DNA from: Lingula anatina
Lineage: Eukaryota; Animalia; Brachiopoda
Assembly (NCBI GenBank): GCA_051362555.1
Contig: CM120647.1
Location: forward strand, 15,104,651 to 15,168,650
DNA length: 64,000 bases
Direction of reading: 5' to 3'
Shown here piece by piece: positions 50,406 through 62,876 of this stretch (position 1 is the stretch's first letter; each line of letters opens with the position of its first letter). Position numbers and translations under genes: made by a program. Below the pieces are notes generated by a model that made no database searches, was not told the origin of the DNA, and saw only the letters and a program-made list of their open reading frames with translations.

Positions 50406-52101
50406 ATGGCAGCTCTTCAACCTAGCCTGGATGCAGCAAACACTAAGGACAGACTCAAGGGGCGGGTAGCTATAGTCACAGGGGGAGCCAGTGGTATAGG
50501 CAGTGCATGTGTGCGACGATTCTTGAATGACGGAGCACTTGTTGCCTTCTTCGACATCGACCAAGTTGCCGGGAAACAGTTGGAGGCTGAGCTCCAGGTG
50601 GCTGGCTTTGAGACGAAATTTTACCAGGTCGACGTTTCCGACCGAGAGGCGTGCTTCAAGGCCGTTAGCTACGTAGCTAACCAATACGGTGGCTGCATCA
50701 ACTTTCTTGTGAACTGTGCTGCGGCATTTATATATAAAGGTAAGTTGAAGTTATGGATTGCAGGAAACGATTTCCGACACCCCACGAGCATTTTCCCCAA
50801 ATAATTTAAAAGTGAATGTTTAATAAAGACAGCATGTTTTGGGGCATTTCTTACAATCAGGGGGTTTGCCGAGAATGGTCGATTCGGTCACCTTTCCCAG
50901 TTGGTTTCTAATCTACCAGCGAGAGAGCTGTTCACCCAGTGCAGATCTGTTCTGCCAGCTGGCATAATTTTTCCAGCTTTTCTAATGAAAATAACACCGC
51001 CTTTGTTATATTTCCAAGTATATATCTTGTCTACATGCGTCTACGGCACGATATCAAAACCTACTAGCTGGCATTGACCTGATTAAAGAATATTTGTGTG
51101 AATGGAACCACTAAATACCCCCGCTTAGACCTCCATAAATCTGACGTAAGGTGGGAACGTGAGACAATTTAAAATTTTACTCGCGCTGTGATCCATAATG
51201 CATGAACCCTTAGTCGTAACCATCCCTTTTTTCGCCTTCAAATTCACAGCGCAAGAGCACGCGACGTACAAAACGAAATTCTCTCATTGCATCTACATAA
51301 ACCAAAATCAGAAAAAAAAAACATTGTGTATACTACTGTGGGATAGGTGATGGGTCGGACTGGCCCGGGGGTTGGGGGGGGGGGCGGTCTTGATATCCCT
51401 GCTCTCTCCCCTCGGTTCTCAACATAAAATCAACGTCCGTCTTTGTTCGCCAGCTCTAGATGCCGACACGTCCGACTGGGCACAAGTCATGAGTGTGAAT
51501 GTGGCTGGATACTCGAATATGGTACAGGCCTGCTTTCCTCACATGCAGACAGGTAAAATACACATTTCTCCTCCTCTTTGTCCTCCTTCCTCTCCTCTCT
51601 CTCTACTCCTCTTCATTTCCATTGCCAGAGTTGACAATTTTTTTTAGCGCGTCGGTCGAGCGCCGACCCTGCGTCGTGTAGGTGTGACCGGGGTATTTAG
51701 CGCACTGACCGCATTTTTGATCGCAGAAGGAACGCAGAAAGGACGCCGTCCACTGATAAGGGGCCTTTACTCCAATTTGAAAACAAGTTCTCTCCATCGA
51801 AAAAAGTTAAAAAGTCAACATTCCATCGATCTCCATATTTGAAATTTATCATATTTTAGCAATTCGTACAGTACTTAAGCAGTATTTCACTGATTATTTA
51901 TCAATATAGCCGAACCTGACGCCAGATCAGTTGTCAATATAGCCAGTGTCCTCAGCCACGTGTCAACGGCCAGTAAGTGGACGTACTGTACCAGTAAAGG
52001 TGCCGTGCTGGAGCTGACCCGGTGTATGGCACTGGACTTGGCCAAAGATGACATACGGGTGAACTCCGTGTCACCGGGATCAATAAATACAGCAGCGGTA
52101 A

Positions 52102-52136
<35 letters not shown>

Positions 52137-52544
52137 GGGTATCAGAAAATTCACAGATATCTTCAAATATGATTGAACAAATGCTTAATAAGTTGAGCTG
52201 AAGAGAGAATGTCATGGTTTTAACGCTGATAATCAAAATCCATATTAAAGGCAGTGCGGAGCAGAAGAAAGAATTAAAACACTGCCAAAATGATATCATT
52301 CATATTTCAGCTCGCAAACTTCTTATCAGGCGATGAAGACCAAAAGAGGTGGTTCGAGGGATGTCACATGATGAACCGTATCGGCGCATGCGCAGAAGTT
52401 GCCGCCGCCATTGTCTTCCTCTGCAGCAGAGATGCATCCTTCATCACGGGCGCCGATCTCCCGGTAGATGGCGGGTTCACAGCAGTAGGCCCTGAAAGGC
52501 ATGGGAAAGACGGAGCCAAGTTTACGGGCACGATCCCAAAGTAG
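50406..52544 (+). CDS. Classical SDR oxidoreductase, paralogue F (exons 50406-50739, 51454-51552, 51910-52097, 52311-52544; 284 aa)
   Basis: Intact spliced ORF with GT-AG introns; [35 protein letters not shown]. Confidence 0.92.
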
Positions 52545-54696
52545 ATGATTTTCTTGTCCTTCATTTAGAACTAAGCAAAGTTTAACTGTCCAATGCCCCA
52601 AATGGTTCCGACCACGTGCCCATTGCCCTTCCATTTTAGAAAATAGGGGTGAATCATCTCGCGACACCACGAAATTAAATAGTTGGTAGAAAATGAATAG
52701 AAAAACGCCAATGAAATAACTGGTCCTTCTATGTTTAATGCCCCACACGATACGTTTTGGATTCATTTTAAATAATCAATTATACTCTCTCCATTCATAC
52801 CTTTACAACCAATAATGAACTACTTTTTCGTATTGTATCTTATTATTAATTGAACCATGCTTGGTAGTGAGATGTGTGTAAAAGTAAAAATGCCAAATAA
52901 TACCAGTAATAACTAGAAAAGCACTCAGAGAGCGCAGACCTCCGCCAAGGCAGTAAAGTCTCCATCCACTGCCGTTTCACCCCTAAATTTTCGATATTTT
53001 TGATTAGTGATTATTGATACGGATCACCACCAAAATCTAATCATCTGCTCCTTGGCCCGCTTCTGACAGTTCGTGAAAATTTCATCAAAATCGGTCCATA
53101 ACTTTTTGAGTAATGTTGACAGACAAACAGAAGTGCAAACATTGCCTCCTTAGCTGAGGTAATAAAAGTAGCAGTGACATTTCACAGTCTCTTTGAGGTG
53201 TTTTTACTGTCACCTAGTATTTCAGAGATTAACACTTTTTGATAGTTGTATTGCAGGTTTTATCCAGACCCTTTGTTGTTGCATAAGCCCTCCAAAGGAT
53301 AGTTCATAGATTATCCTATATTAAAACTTGAAAATCACTCCGAGAGCGCTGACCTTTGCCAACGCAGCAATTTTTGATTATTATTAATTACTGATTGATT
53401 ATTGATCCGGATCACCACCAACAACTAATAATTTTTTCGTTGGTTCATTTCTGTCAGTTCCTGAAAATTTCATCAAAATCAATCCGTTACTTTTTGAGCT
53501 ATGTTGATGACGTTATGTTCCGTATGTCCTTGACAATGGTCAAAAATATTCTGTAAAGTTTTTTTTTTTTTTTTTTTTTTTGGTAACAAATGTTATTTTC
53601 CCTTAAGAAAAAAATACCAACAATTTTAAACTCGTGACACGTTGCACAACTAGTCCTGAATTCGGTTTGGATCTTTTCTACCATTCCAATTAACTTCAAA
53701 ACCAAGCATCCTTGTTTCTGACATTCTTAAAGAAGCTATCAACATCATTTGATGGATTTTTTAGTTGGGTGAGATCCGAAGCTATGATGAATATTTAGAC
53801 ATAAAAAATATGACTTTGGGAACAAATATGAAATAGGTATAAAATATCTTTAAAACATTGAAGCAGAGTCCAATACATGAGCTTCAAAAGTCACCTGAAT
53901 GGTTGCATATGATTCACGTTTTTCCAAGTAAAATACACACAGTCCTAGAACGTTACATAAATAAGGATATAATTTTAATTATAGTTAATATTTAAAAATA
54001 TTGTTGTCATTTGAGCTCTCCAACGACATGTTTCTTTCTCTCTGGTACAAACGGAACAGCGCCTGGGTTGTTATGTGCTCTTCTGTTAGCTTCCTTGGAA
54101 GAGTAAATACATAATTCTTGATATTTATTTTTAAAAATTACAAATTCAATAGAATCATTTCACATTTTTACTTTCTAAAAGGTCATTGAGTCTACCTTTC
54201 CTCAAGGAAGTGATATGATCAGTTTGGTATTATACGACTAAGTTTTGACTTCTAACAGAAATACATTTATAATGTCTTCAAATTTTGACAGTCACTTATT
54301 TTGCAATTTGGGATTATATACAGAAGTGTCCATTGGTGTTTAATAGACTAAAGAACATAAAATTTATGCTTAATACTAGGTCATTTCATATTGTTTTTTC
54401 ATAGTATTTATCATTTTAAGTTTTTAATATTACTATTGATAAAACTTTATGCATTATGAACATACTTTCTTTTCCTTGATGGCTTTATATTATCTCTCTT
54501 ATCTCCTTCGAGGCGTTATAGATCATCTTGGGATGTGGCGGTGACGGCTGATTTGGGATTCGTGCGAAAATTTCTCCTTCAGTTTTTCACTATATGCAAA
54601 TGCCTCTTTCTCTCTTGGTCTTAGCTGCGGCAAGAAAGAACTGATTTATTAATCGAAAGTAATATTTTTAAATGAAACTTTACTTGAATTACTTAA

Positions 54697-57155
54697 AGGA
54701 CAATGTTCATGTAAAAATCCATTTCTCGAATTTTGAAGATACAGCACTCAATCTATACACTAGAGGTATGTTTTAATCGATCCCCGCCATTTAAAAATTA
54801 TAAAAACAATCTATTAGTAGAAAAAAAGCGTTTTAGTAAACCTCACCTCAATATGCAAAAATGAAGCAACAGATCTGGGTCACGTGGTACTGTGACGACA
54901 ATCACGATAAAGGTCTATGAGACTCAACTGAGCTGCAGGTGCATACAGACGGAGAAGTTAAGGAAAGTTGTGTTGAACGGAGTTGAGGAATTTTCGTTAT
55001 GCCTCGGTGTGTTGCCGTGGGATTCACCAAAATTGCAGCTCTCGTTGACAATCTTTCTTTGTCTGTGACGGTCTTCCGTGACTTACTTACTAACTTCGGT
55101 GACAATAGTTGCGATGCTCTAGATCATGGTCACCTCAGGTGGTTTAGATCATATCAAGAGCTGGTAGTCTTTCAGATTAACTGTCATCAGTTGGCAAACT
55201 TACTGATTGCTGATGCATTTTAAATGCATTGTAGTTGACCAAAAGCTCGTTTACAACAAACCTGTTAATTATGCACCGCTGCAATTCCCAAGCCAGGTAA
55301 TAACAGGTATGAAACTCGTCTTGGTGGGCTTTCATATTTTTCAATATATCTCATTTATTTCATGGGGTTATTTTATTGGTATTTGTAAATGACGTTAAAT
55401 ATCAATACTTAAACAATTAAGTTCAAACACGGTCGCGAACATTAATAAAAGAAATTGCTCTCAGGGTATCTTGAAGCTTCCGTGGAAGAAAACGTGTTGA
55501 AGAAAAACAGGAAAAAGAGCGTTATATTAAAGAAAAAATGGGAACTGCTATAATAAAATGGTTCGTTATCCTAATTCGTTTATGCTTTGAGGATTTGTTT
55601 CTGAAGATTATTTCATCTGAAATATTAAAGAATTTAAAAGATTGATTATTTTATAACTTGAAACGCAAATTCTGCGTCAGTACGCAATTTTTTTTTTGCA
55701 AATTTGTAAGCTTATAACAACGTGCTATAAAGATCTACTCAAGAAAAAAATTTGCTTGGGTAAAATTGAGTACGGAATGAACTGGAGACACTTGGCTTGT
55801 CATTAAGTTTACACGAAAATATGTCAGGTAACTTTATACTGTCTTTGAAAGAGTAAAGATTGAAAGATAATTTTAGACAAACTTTGACGGGGGAAATACC
55901 TACAAAGAGTAATGGGCTATTTCGCCAACATCTTGTTAAAAATTTTACACTGCAATTCTATTCAAATAAGCTAAGGAACTAATTGCCAAATTAATACTCT
56001 CATCACATAACAGAGGGGTAACCAGACCTGCAAAAATTGTACGCACATATTTAAAAAGATTACAAGCACATACAGCAAAATGTAGACTTACGCAAAACAT
56101 GAAGGACAGCGTAATCACAGCAAATGTACCTCATATAGTAGCTTAATTTCCATTAATAATAAAATCATCATTTAAGTCAAAAATATTCTTGCGATTTAAT
56201 AACTATTTTAATTTACCCAGAACGGTATATTTATTTTAAAGGCGGTTAACTGAAATATAGTTTTATGATTTGTTTGTGAAAATTGCCCATGTCACCCTCT
56301 TAGTTTGGAGGTCTAAGCTGGATCAAGTCCGTGTTAACATTCCTATGAAGTTTTGCAGGAAAAATTCTTCCTTTCTTTCTCTAGCTCCTCGATAAACCTG
56401 GTGTTCAGATTTTATCTAGTACCCCCAGGTCTACGGGAGCTGCGCTTTGTAACTAACGCACAGGTAGATTTTTACCTGAGATAACTGGAGAAAAGCTTAG
56501 ATAGAGAGTGCGTTCGATACAAGCAAGACAAATTGAATGCCATTTAACCCTCTAATTAAGAGGTAAAGGAAGTTCCAGGTAGATGGATGATTAAGATAGG
56601 ACTTGTAAAGGTAACGGGCATTGTTTACCTCAGTTTAATAAAAGTATGCAAGACGGAGTGTCAGCGGTTTAATAAAATAAATTGAATTTCACAAATAACA
56701 TGGACCTCATATGCAATAATCAACATTTCCCTTAACTCATTCAAATGCAGTGTTTTATACAACTTGGGATAACCATAATGAAATGCTTGTTAAAGAAATG
56801 ACTAGACGGGAAATGGTTTTACACAGCTTCACGAGGATTTAGACCCCTCGGGTAAGAGATTTGAATGAGTATAAACTTTTATCAGAAGCCAGAGTAGTCA
56901 TCTTACAGGTAGACAATGCAGCTCAGTTTGACAGCTAAGCACGCTCTGTTCTCCAGTGGCTCGATTGTCGTCATTGGACCACGTGACCACGTAGCTCATT
57001 AACTCCCAGGCCGAGCAAATAGGACGTTTTTTAAAGCCAAAAATTTACAAAATGAGCTTTTAATTTGTGTATTTGGATAAAGATATCGTTAGTTGGGCAT
57101 GTTTTCTGAAGAATATGTTCCGTTCAGGCCATTCTGACGGCATGAAGCAAACCCT
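54697..57155 (+). mobile_element. 2.46-kb Kolobok-like element
   Basis: TTAA|aggacaatgttcatg...catgaagcaaaccct|TTAA. Empty site aattacttaagcacccc at ~46350. Subterminal inverted motifs ggtcacgtggt..gacgacaatc / gattgtcgtc..accacgtgacc. Possible THAP-like start MPRCVAVG at 54999 (weak). Confidence 0.8.
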
Positions 57156-57805
57156 TTAAGCACCCCGCACACGGTGAGCAATAATAGTGTGACTGAATTG
57201 CGCAATACACTGCCATAAAGCGCAACACAGCGCAATACACTTGATAACACAAGTCCAGTTGCAAGTATTAAACACAAGAAAGGGTAATCTCAAATTAAAC
57301 AGGGTGATATAAAAGCAAAATATGGTACATTGTAATTAATATTGCTGATACTACTTAACAAATCGGCACAATTTTTTCATTGTTTGGTCAGCCGCCGTGT
57401 TGGCGAGTAGCTCTTCTTGGCCAGTAATATATCCAAGAAGAGCCACTCTCCAACATGGCTGCCAACTGGACAATATAAAAGTCTTGCTGATTTGTTAAGT
57501 TATATCATCGATGTAACTTGGCTAGTAATATAGGTTGTTTTTTATCACCCTACTTTGCTGGGAATGGTTGCGTGGCATGACTTGAGCATGACTTGAGCAA
57601 TCGGCGCTTGCACCCCCACACGCTGAGCCATTTGCCTCAAGAGGCCAAAAATATCAAACACGTGATAAAAGACAGTTTGTTAACTTAATTATCAAGTTAT
57701 TATTATACATGTATAATACAAAATCTAGAAAGTTAGAACTCGATAACAGGATTTTACGGATTGTATTTCTATGAACAATTTTGGAGAGAGTAAACTAAGA
57801 TGATT

Positions 57806-58314
57806 GGGCCCGCACACGGTGAGCATTCGGCGCGCGCCACTTGCGCTGCGCCAGATGCTCGCGCTCCTCAGCTCCCCGCAAACGATGCGCTCTTTGCTCA
57901 GCAGAGATGCCTCCCGGCCTGCCCCTATCGGACGCACCGCGAACTGTGGGATCATGTGATTAAGGAAACATTACATATTGTTGTTTTTTTCTGATAGTAA
58001 TGGATAATGGTGACCACGTTAATCAATCAGACTAACTATAACTGTGTACATTTTTGTTGACTTCGCTGGGGGCTGCCATTTTTGTTTGTTTCCGGCTACT
58101 GGCACATGCGCATTGTTAGCATGGCGTGAGCAATCGGCGCTTGCACCCCTCACACGCTGAGATATTTGCCTCAAGAGACCGAAAAAATCAAACACGTGAG
58201 AAATTTTGCTCAGCCGCGCGTGAGGCAAAAATCTCACCAAAATACCCCCGCACACGATGAGAAAACGGCGCAGCGCAAGTGACGCGCGCCACATGCTCAC
58301 CGTGTGCGGGACCC
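57806..58314. mobile_element. Harbinger-type MITE (TIR gggcccgcacacggtgagca..ggcgcgcgccacttgcgctgcgcc); disrupted relatives at ~19387-21200, 46361-47230, 57161-57670
   Basis: Right end ggcgcagcgcaagtgacgcgcgccacatgctcaccgtgtgcggggaccc|taa is the reverse complement of the left end. The internal body matches 46877-47230. Confidence 0.75.
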
Positions 58315-60839
58315 TAATACAAAGTCATGTGAAAAGTATCAAATAAAACTCTTACTATGCTTTTTTTTTTAATAATAATTAGTCATAAAAAGTAATTAAT
58401 CATAAATATAATTCATAAATATAACTCATCACCTGTATTTAAAATACAGAATAGAAAAATATAAATAATAAATAAAACTTTCAGTACTCCTATTCGTAAA
58501 TAAAATAATAAATGATAGATAAAATCAATGATAAATAAGGCTCTCGCCACGCCTATTAAGAAGCAGGACTATCCCAGCGACCCAACCGGCAATAAAATCA
58601 GCGTTCAACCTCATGTTTAACCCCCTTTACACTGAACGGTGTCCTTTGTGCGTCCTTTGTGAGACCATGAAACTGGCACCGCTGAGGTCGTAGAAAAGAG
58701 GCACAAGCATAGCTTTGGTTGCAGAATGAATGCTCAATGATGCTTAATGATGACATAAAATATTATATTTTTTACTCTCAAACGGCGCCGTGCTGCGGGA
58801 CGCAGAAAGGACGCCGTCCAGTGTAAAGGGGGCTTGATTATAGGGCAAGGGGGGGATTGTCCAGGGTGGGGGGTTGTCCGGGGGGGGGATTGTACTGATA
58901 CCCCTTACGTCTGTCACACAATTATTATTCTGAGCTCTAGGGCATGTGTGTGTCAGATGAAATAAAGCGAAATACACTTGCATATTAAACCACAATAGTT
59001 AGTCCCCTATTCTGAATGAGGCCTAAGCCGCTTAAGCAAATTGAAAAGAGGTCATCAAATGTCTCCAAATTTACACACAATTAGCATTAGGGTGTGCTCG
59101 TTAAAGGTCACGTGCCTAATAGCGTATTATAATTATCTCCTGTAGACGGCGTGACAAGCCTTTAACACGGGTAACAATTCTGTTTTGTGGGATATTGTCC
59201 CGTTCTATGTAAACATCTTGGGGGAGTTTGTCCACGTTTTTATGGGGTTGGTTCTCCTCTGCATTACACACTCCAATTCATGTCACAGGTGATTATTAAG
59301 GTAAATATCAGGGATCAAAGATGGTGGTTCAATCCTTAGAGCGTTGTGTTTCTATAACAAATCCCTTGCTAGAGGAGAGGTGTGAGCAAGTGTGCTGTCA
59401 TGATGAAGCCTGGAGTTAACCAAAGCCAGTTCTTGAAGATGAAGTGAGATATCAGCTGAGAATGCTACGGTCAGTGATTCCACAGGCACCTGAACCTGGC
59501 CATCCATCACTGGAAAGAAGTCGGGTTTGATGCAGAATCGAGTTATTTCATCGATGGTCAAATGAGGGTCCGTAGACACGTTGAAAAATGCCATTTGTAG
59601 GGATGTGTGATAATATCGCCTGAGGTGTTAGATCATTCCACATTTATAGAACATTCCAGGCCCATGGTATTAGTACATTGTTCCTTTTGGAATAAAACGT
59701 AACTAGGGCATTTTAATGTTATGTTCTCAACGGATATCTCACTCCGTTTGCAAGAGGTGACTTCAGGGATGCTACCGGCTTCAATGTGACAACGCACTTG
59801 CTCACAGCTCTCGTCTGGCAAGCGATTTGTCGCAGAAAAACAGGGCTCTGAGGATGTGACAACCGCCTTTGAGCCCTAATATTAATCCCACTAAGCATTT
59901 GTGAAATTAATTGGAATGTGTATTGCAGAGGAGAACCAATTCCCAAGTAATGTGGATCAATTCGGCCAAGCTCTTTAGGATGAATGGGACAATATCCCAC
60001 AAAACAGAATATTATAACCCTTGTTGGAGGCTTGTCGCGCCGCCTACAGGAGATAATTTCAGTATGCGGTAGACACACACGATATTAGGCACGTGACCTT
60101 TAACGAGCACACCCTAATGCTAATTTGTGTAAATTTGGTGACATTTTACGGCGTCTTTTTAATTTAATAGACATTCCTTAACATCTGTGAAAATCACAGT
60201 GAAACATTGGATTTGAGGGGGTACCTGTTATAAATTTGACTAAATGGTATAAAATGTATATATTATCGCCACTATTTTGTATTTTCTGAACCATTAATCA
60301 TGGTAGAGATGGTATCTGTAATAAAAAGCACCTTTTCTAACAATTTACATCTGAGAGGTAATCATTTGTTAATAAAAGTACAAGAAAATGGGGGTCGGAC
60401 AGCCTTTTTGACCAATGTTGTATTTCCCAGTGTATATATCTTGTCTACATGCACCGACGGCACGATATCAAAACCTACCAGCTGGCAATGACCTGATTAA
60501 AGAATATTTGGGTGAACGGCTCCACTGAATACCCCCGCATAGGCCTACCTGACCTAAGATGCGAACATGAGACAATTTAAAACTTAACTCGCGCTGTGAT
60601 CCATAATGCATGAACCCTTAGTCGTAACCTCTTTTTTTTCAATTCAATTTACAGCGCAAGAGCACGCTACGTAAGAAACGAGAGACTCGCGTTGCCTCTA
60701 AAAAATATTGTGTATGCTACTGTGGGATGGGTGATGGGTCGGGTTGGCCGGGGAGGGGGCAGGGGGGGAGGGGTCCTGATATCCCTGCTCTCTCCCCTCG
60801 GTTCTCAACATAAAATCAACGTTCGTCTTTGTTCGCCAG

Positions 60840-62346
60840 CTCTAGATGCCGACACGTCCGACTGGGCACAAGTCATGAGTGTGAATGTGGCTGGATACTC
60901 GAATATGGTACAGGCCTGCTTTCCTCACATGAAGACAGGTAAAATACACATCTCTCCTCCTCTTTGTCCTCCTTCTTCTCCTCTCTCAGCTCCTCTCCAT
61001 ATCTCTCTCTCTCTCTTTCTCTCCCTCTCTCTCCCCTCTATCTCCACCTTGTGCGAGTATGAGCATGAATCTTTGCTGTCCACCGTAATAACAACAAAAT
61101 CTACATCGTGCAGCCAAGTCCTTTCTTTAAACCCCTTTGCACTGGACGGCGTCCTTTCTGCGACCATTAAACTGGCCAGGTCGCCATTGAACGCTCAAAG
61201 AACGCACGGTCATCACTTAGATTGCACAGACGCCATGGTCACCGCAGTTTTGGGTATGTTCAAAACGATCACACAGAAAACGAGAGTTAAGCGCACACAT
61301 GACACAAAAATTCAGACGCACAAGAGCGAATGGCAACGAAATGAATGCGTAACTCTAGTCCGGCGCGTTTGACGAATCTGGACGCATAACAACGCACTGG
61401 CCAAAATTGCCAGAGTGGCCAATTTTTTTTTAGCGCGTCGGTCGAGCGCCGACCCTGCCTCGTGTAGGTGTGATCGCACTGACCACAGAAGGAACGCAAA
61501 AAAGACGCAGTCCACTGTAAAGGGGTCTTTACTCCAATTTGAAGACAAATTCTATCCATCGAACAAAGTTAAAAAGTCAACATTCCATCAATCTAGATAT
61601 CTGAAATTTATCATATTTCGTCAATATTTTAGCAATTCGCACAGTACTTAAGCAATATTTCACTGATATTTCATCAACACAGCCGAACCTGACGCCAGAT
61701 CAGTCGTCAATATAGCCAGCATCTTCGCCCACGTTTCATCGGCCAGTAAGTGGACGTACTGTACCAGTAAAGGTGCCGTGCTGGAGCTGACCCGGTGTAT
61801 GGCACTGGACTTGGCCAAAGATGACATACGGGTGAATTCCGTGTCACCAGGATCAATAAATACAGCAGCGGTAAGTGTGTGTGTGTGTGTGTGAGAGAGA
61901 GAGGGAGAGAGAGAGAAAGAGGGAGAGAGGGGGTGGAGGGTATCAGAAGATTCACTGATATCTTCAAATTTGATTGAAGGAACGCTGAATGAGGGTAGCT
62001 GAATGTCATGGCTTTAATGCTGATAATCAAAATCCTTATTAAAGGCTGCATGTGCGGAAAAGAAGAAAAACAGAATAAATACATTGCCAAAATAATATCA
62101 TTCATATTTCAGGTCGCAAAATTCTTCGCAGGCGATGAAGACCTAAAGAGGTGGTTTGAAGGATGTCACATGATGAACCGCATCGGCGAAAGCGCAGAAG
62201 TTGCCGCCGCCATTGCCTTCCTCTGCAGCAGAGACGCATCCTTCATCACGGGCGCCGATCTCCCGGTAGATGGCGGGTACGCAGCAGTAGGCCCTGAAAG
62301 GCATGGGAAAGACGGAGCCAAGTTTACTGGCACGATGCCAGAGTAG
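60840..62346 (+). pseudogene. SDR paralogue G: intact exons 2-4 (60840-60938, 61683-61870, 62113-62346), promoter and exon 1 deleted
   Basis: Exons are open and splice sites canonical (C-like, IASIFAH, YCTSK), AATAAA at 62511. At 59037/59038 the spacer (gcttaagc) joins directly to the intronic Tc1 (aaattgaaaagagg), skipping the equivalent of ~25700-27079. Confidence 0.8.
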
Positions 62347-62539
62347 ACGCTGCACCTGTCCTTCATTTAGAACTAAGCCAAGTTTAACTGTCCAATGCCC
62401 CAAATGGTTCCTACCGCATGCCCATTGCCCTTCCATTTTAGAAAATAGGGAGGATCATCTCGCGACACCACGAAATTAAATCGTTGGTAGAAAATGAATA
62501 GAAAAACACCAATAAAATAGCTAGTCCTTCTATGTTTAA

Positions 62540-62876
62540 AGGGATAATAACTCTTCGTATGAAATTTATATTTCACAATAAAAACATTGTGAATAGCTCA
62601 TAGAAATATAATATATTCTGTTTTACGACGAAAACAGCAGTTATAGCTATTATTCTGATATCTGAGCTTGTCTTCAGATCACGTGACCTCCATTGATGGC
62701 TATACTCTGTTATAATCACTTAAGAGATTTTAACAAAAAACCAAACTTCTTAGAAAAAAACCAGAGACTAACTTTGAATGTAAAAATGGATTCATTAACC
62801 ATTGGTAAGCATGGGAAAATTGTTGTTTACTCCAGAAAAATTCATGTTTTGGCCAAAACGAAGAGTTATTATCCCT
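62540..62876. mobile_element. 337-bp Kolobok-like MITE with perfect 19-bp TIR
   Basis: TTAA|agggataataactcttcgt...acgaagagttattatccct|TTAA. Empty site ctatgtttaatgcc at ~30593. Confidence 0.9.
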
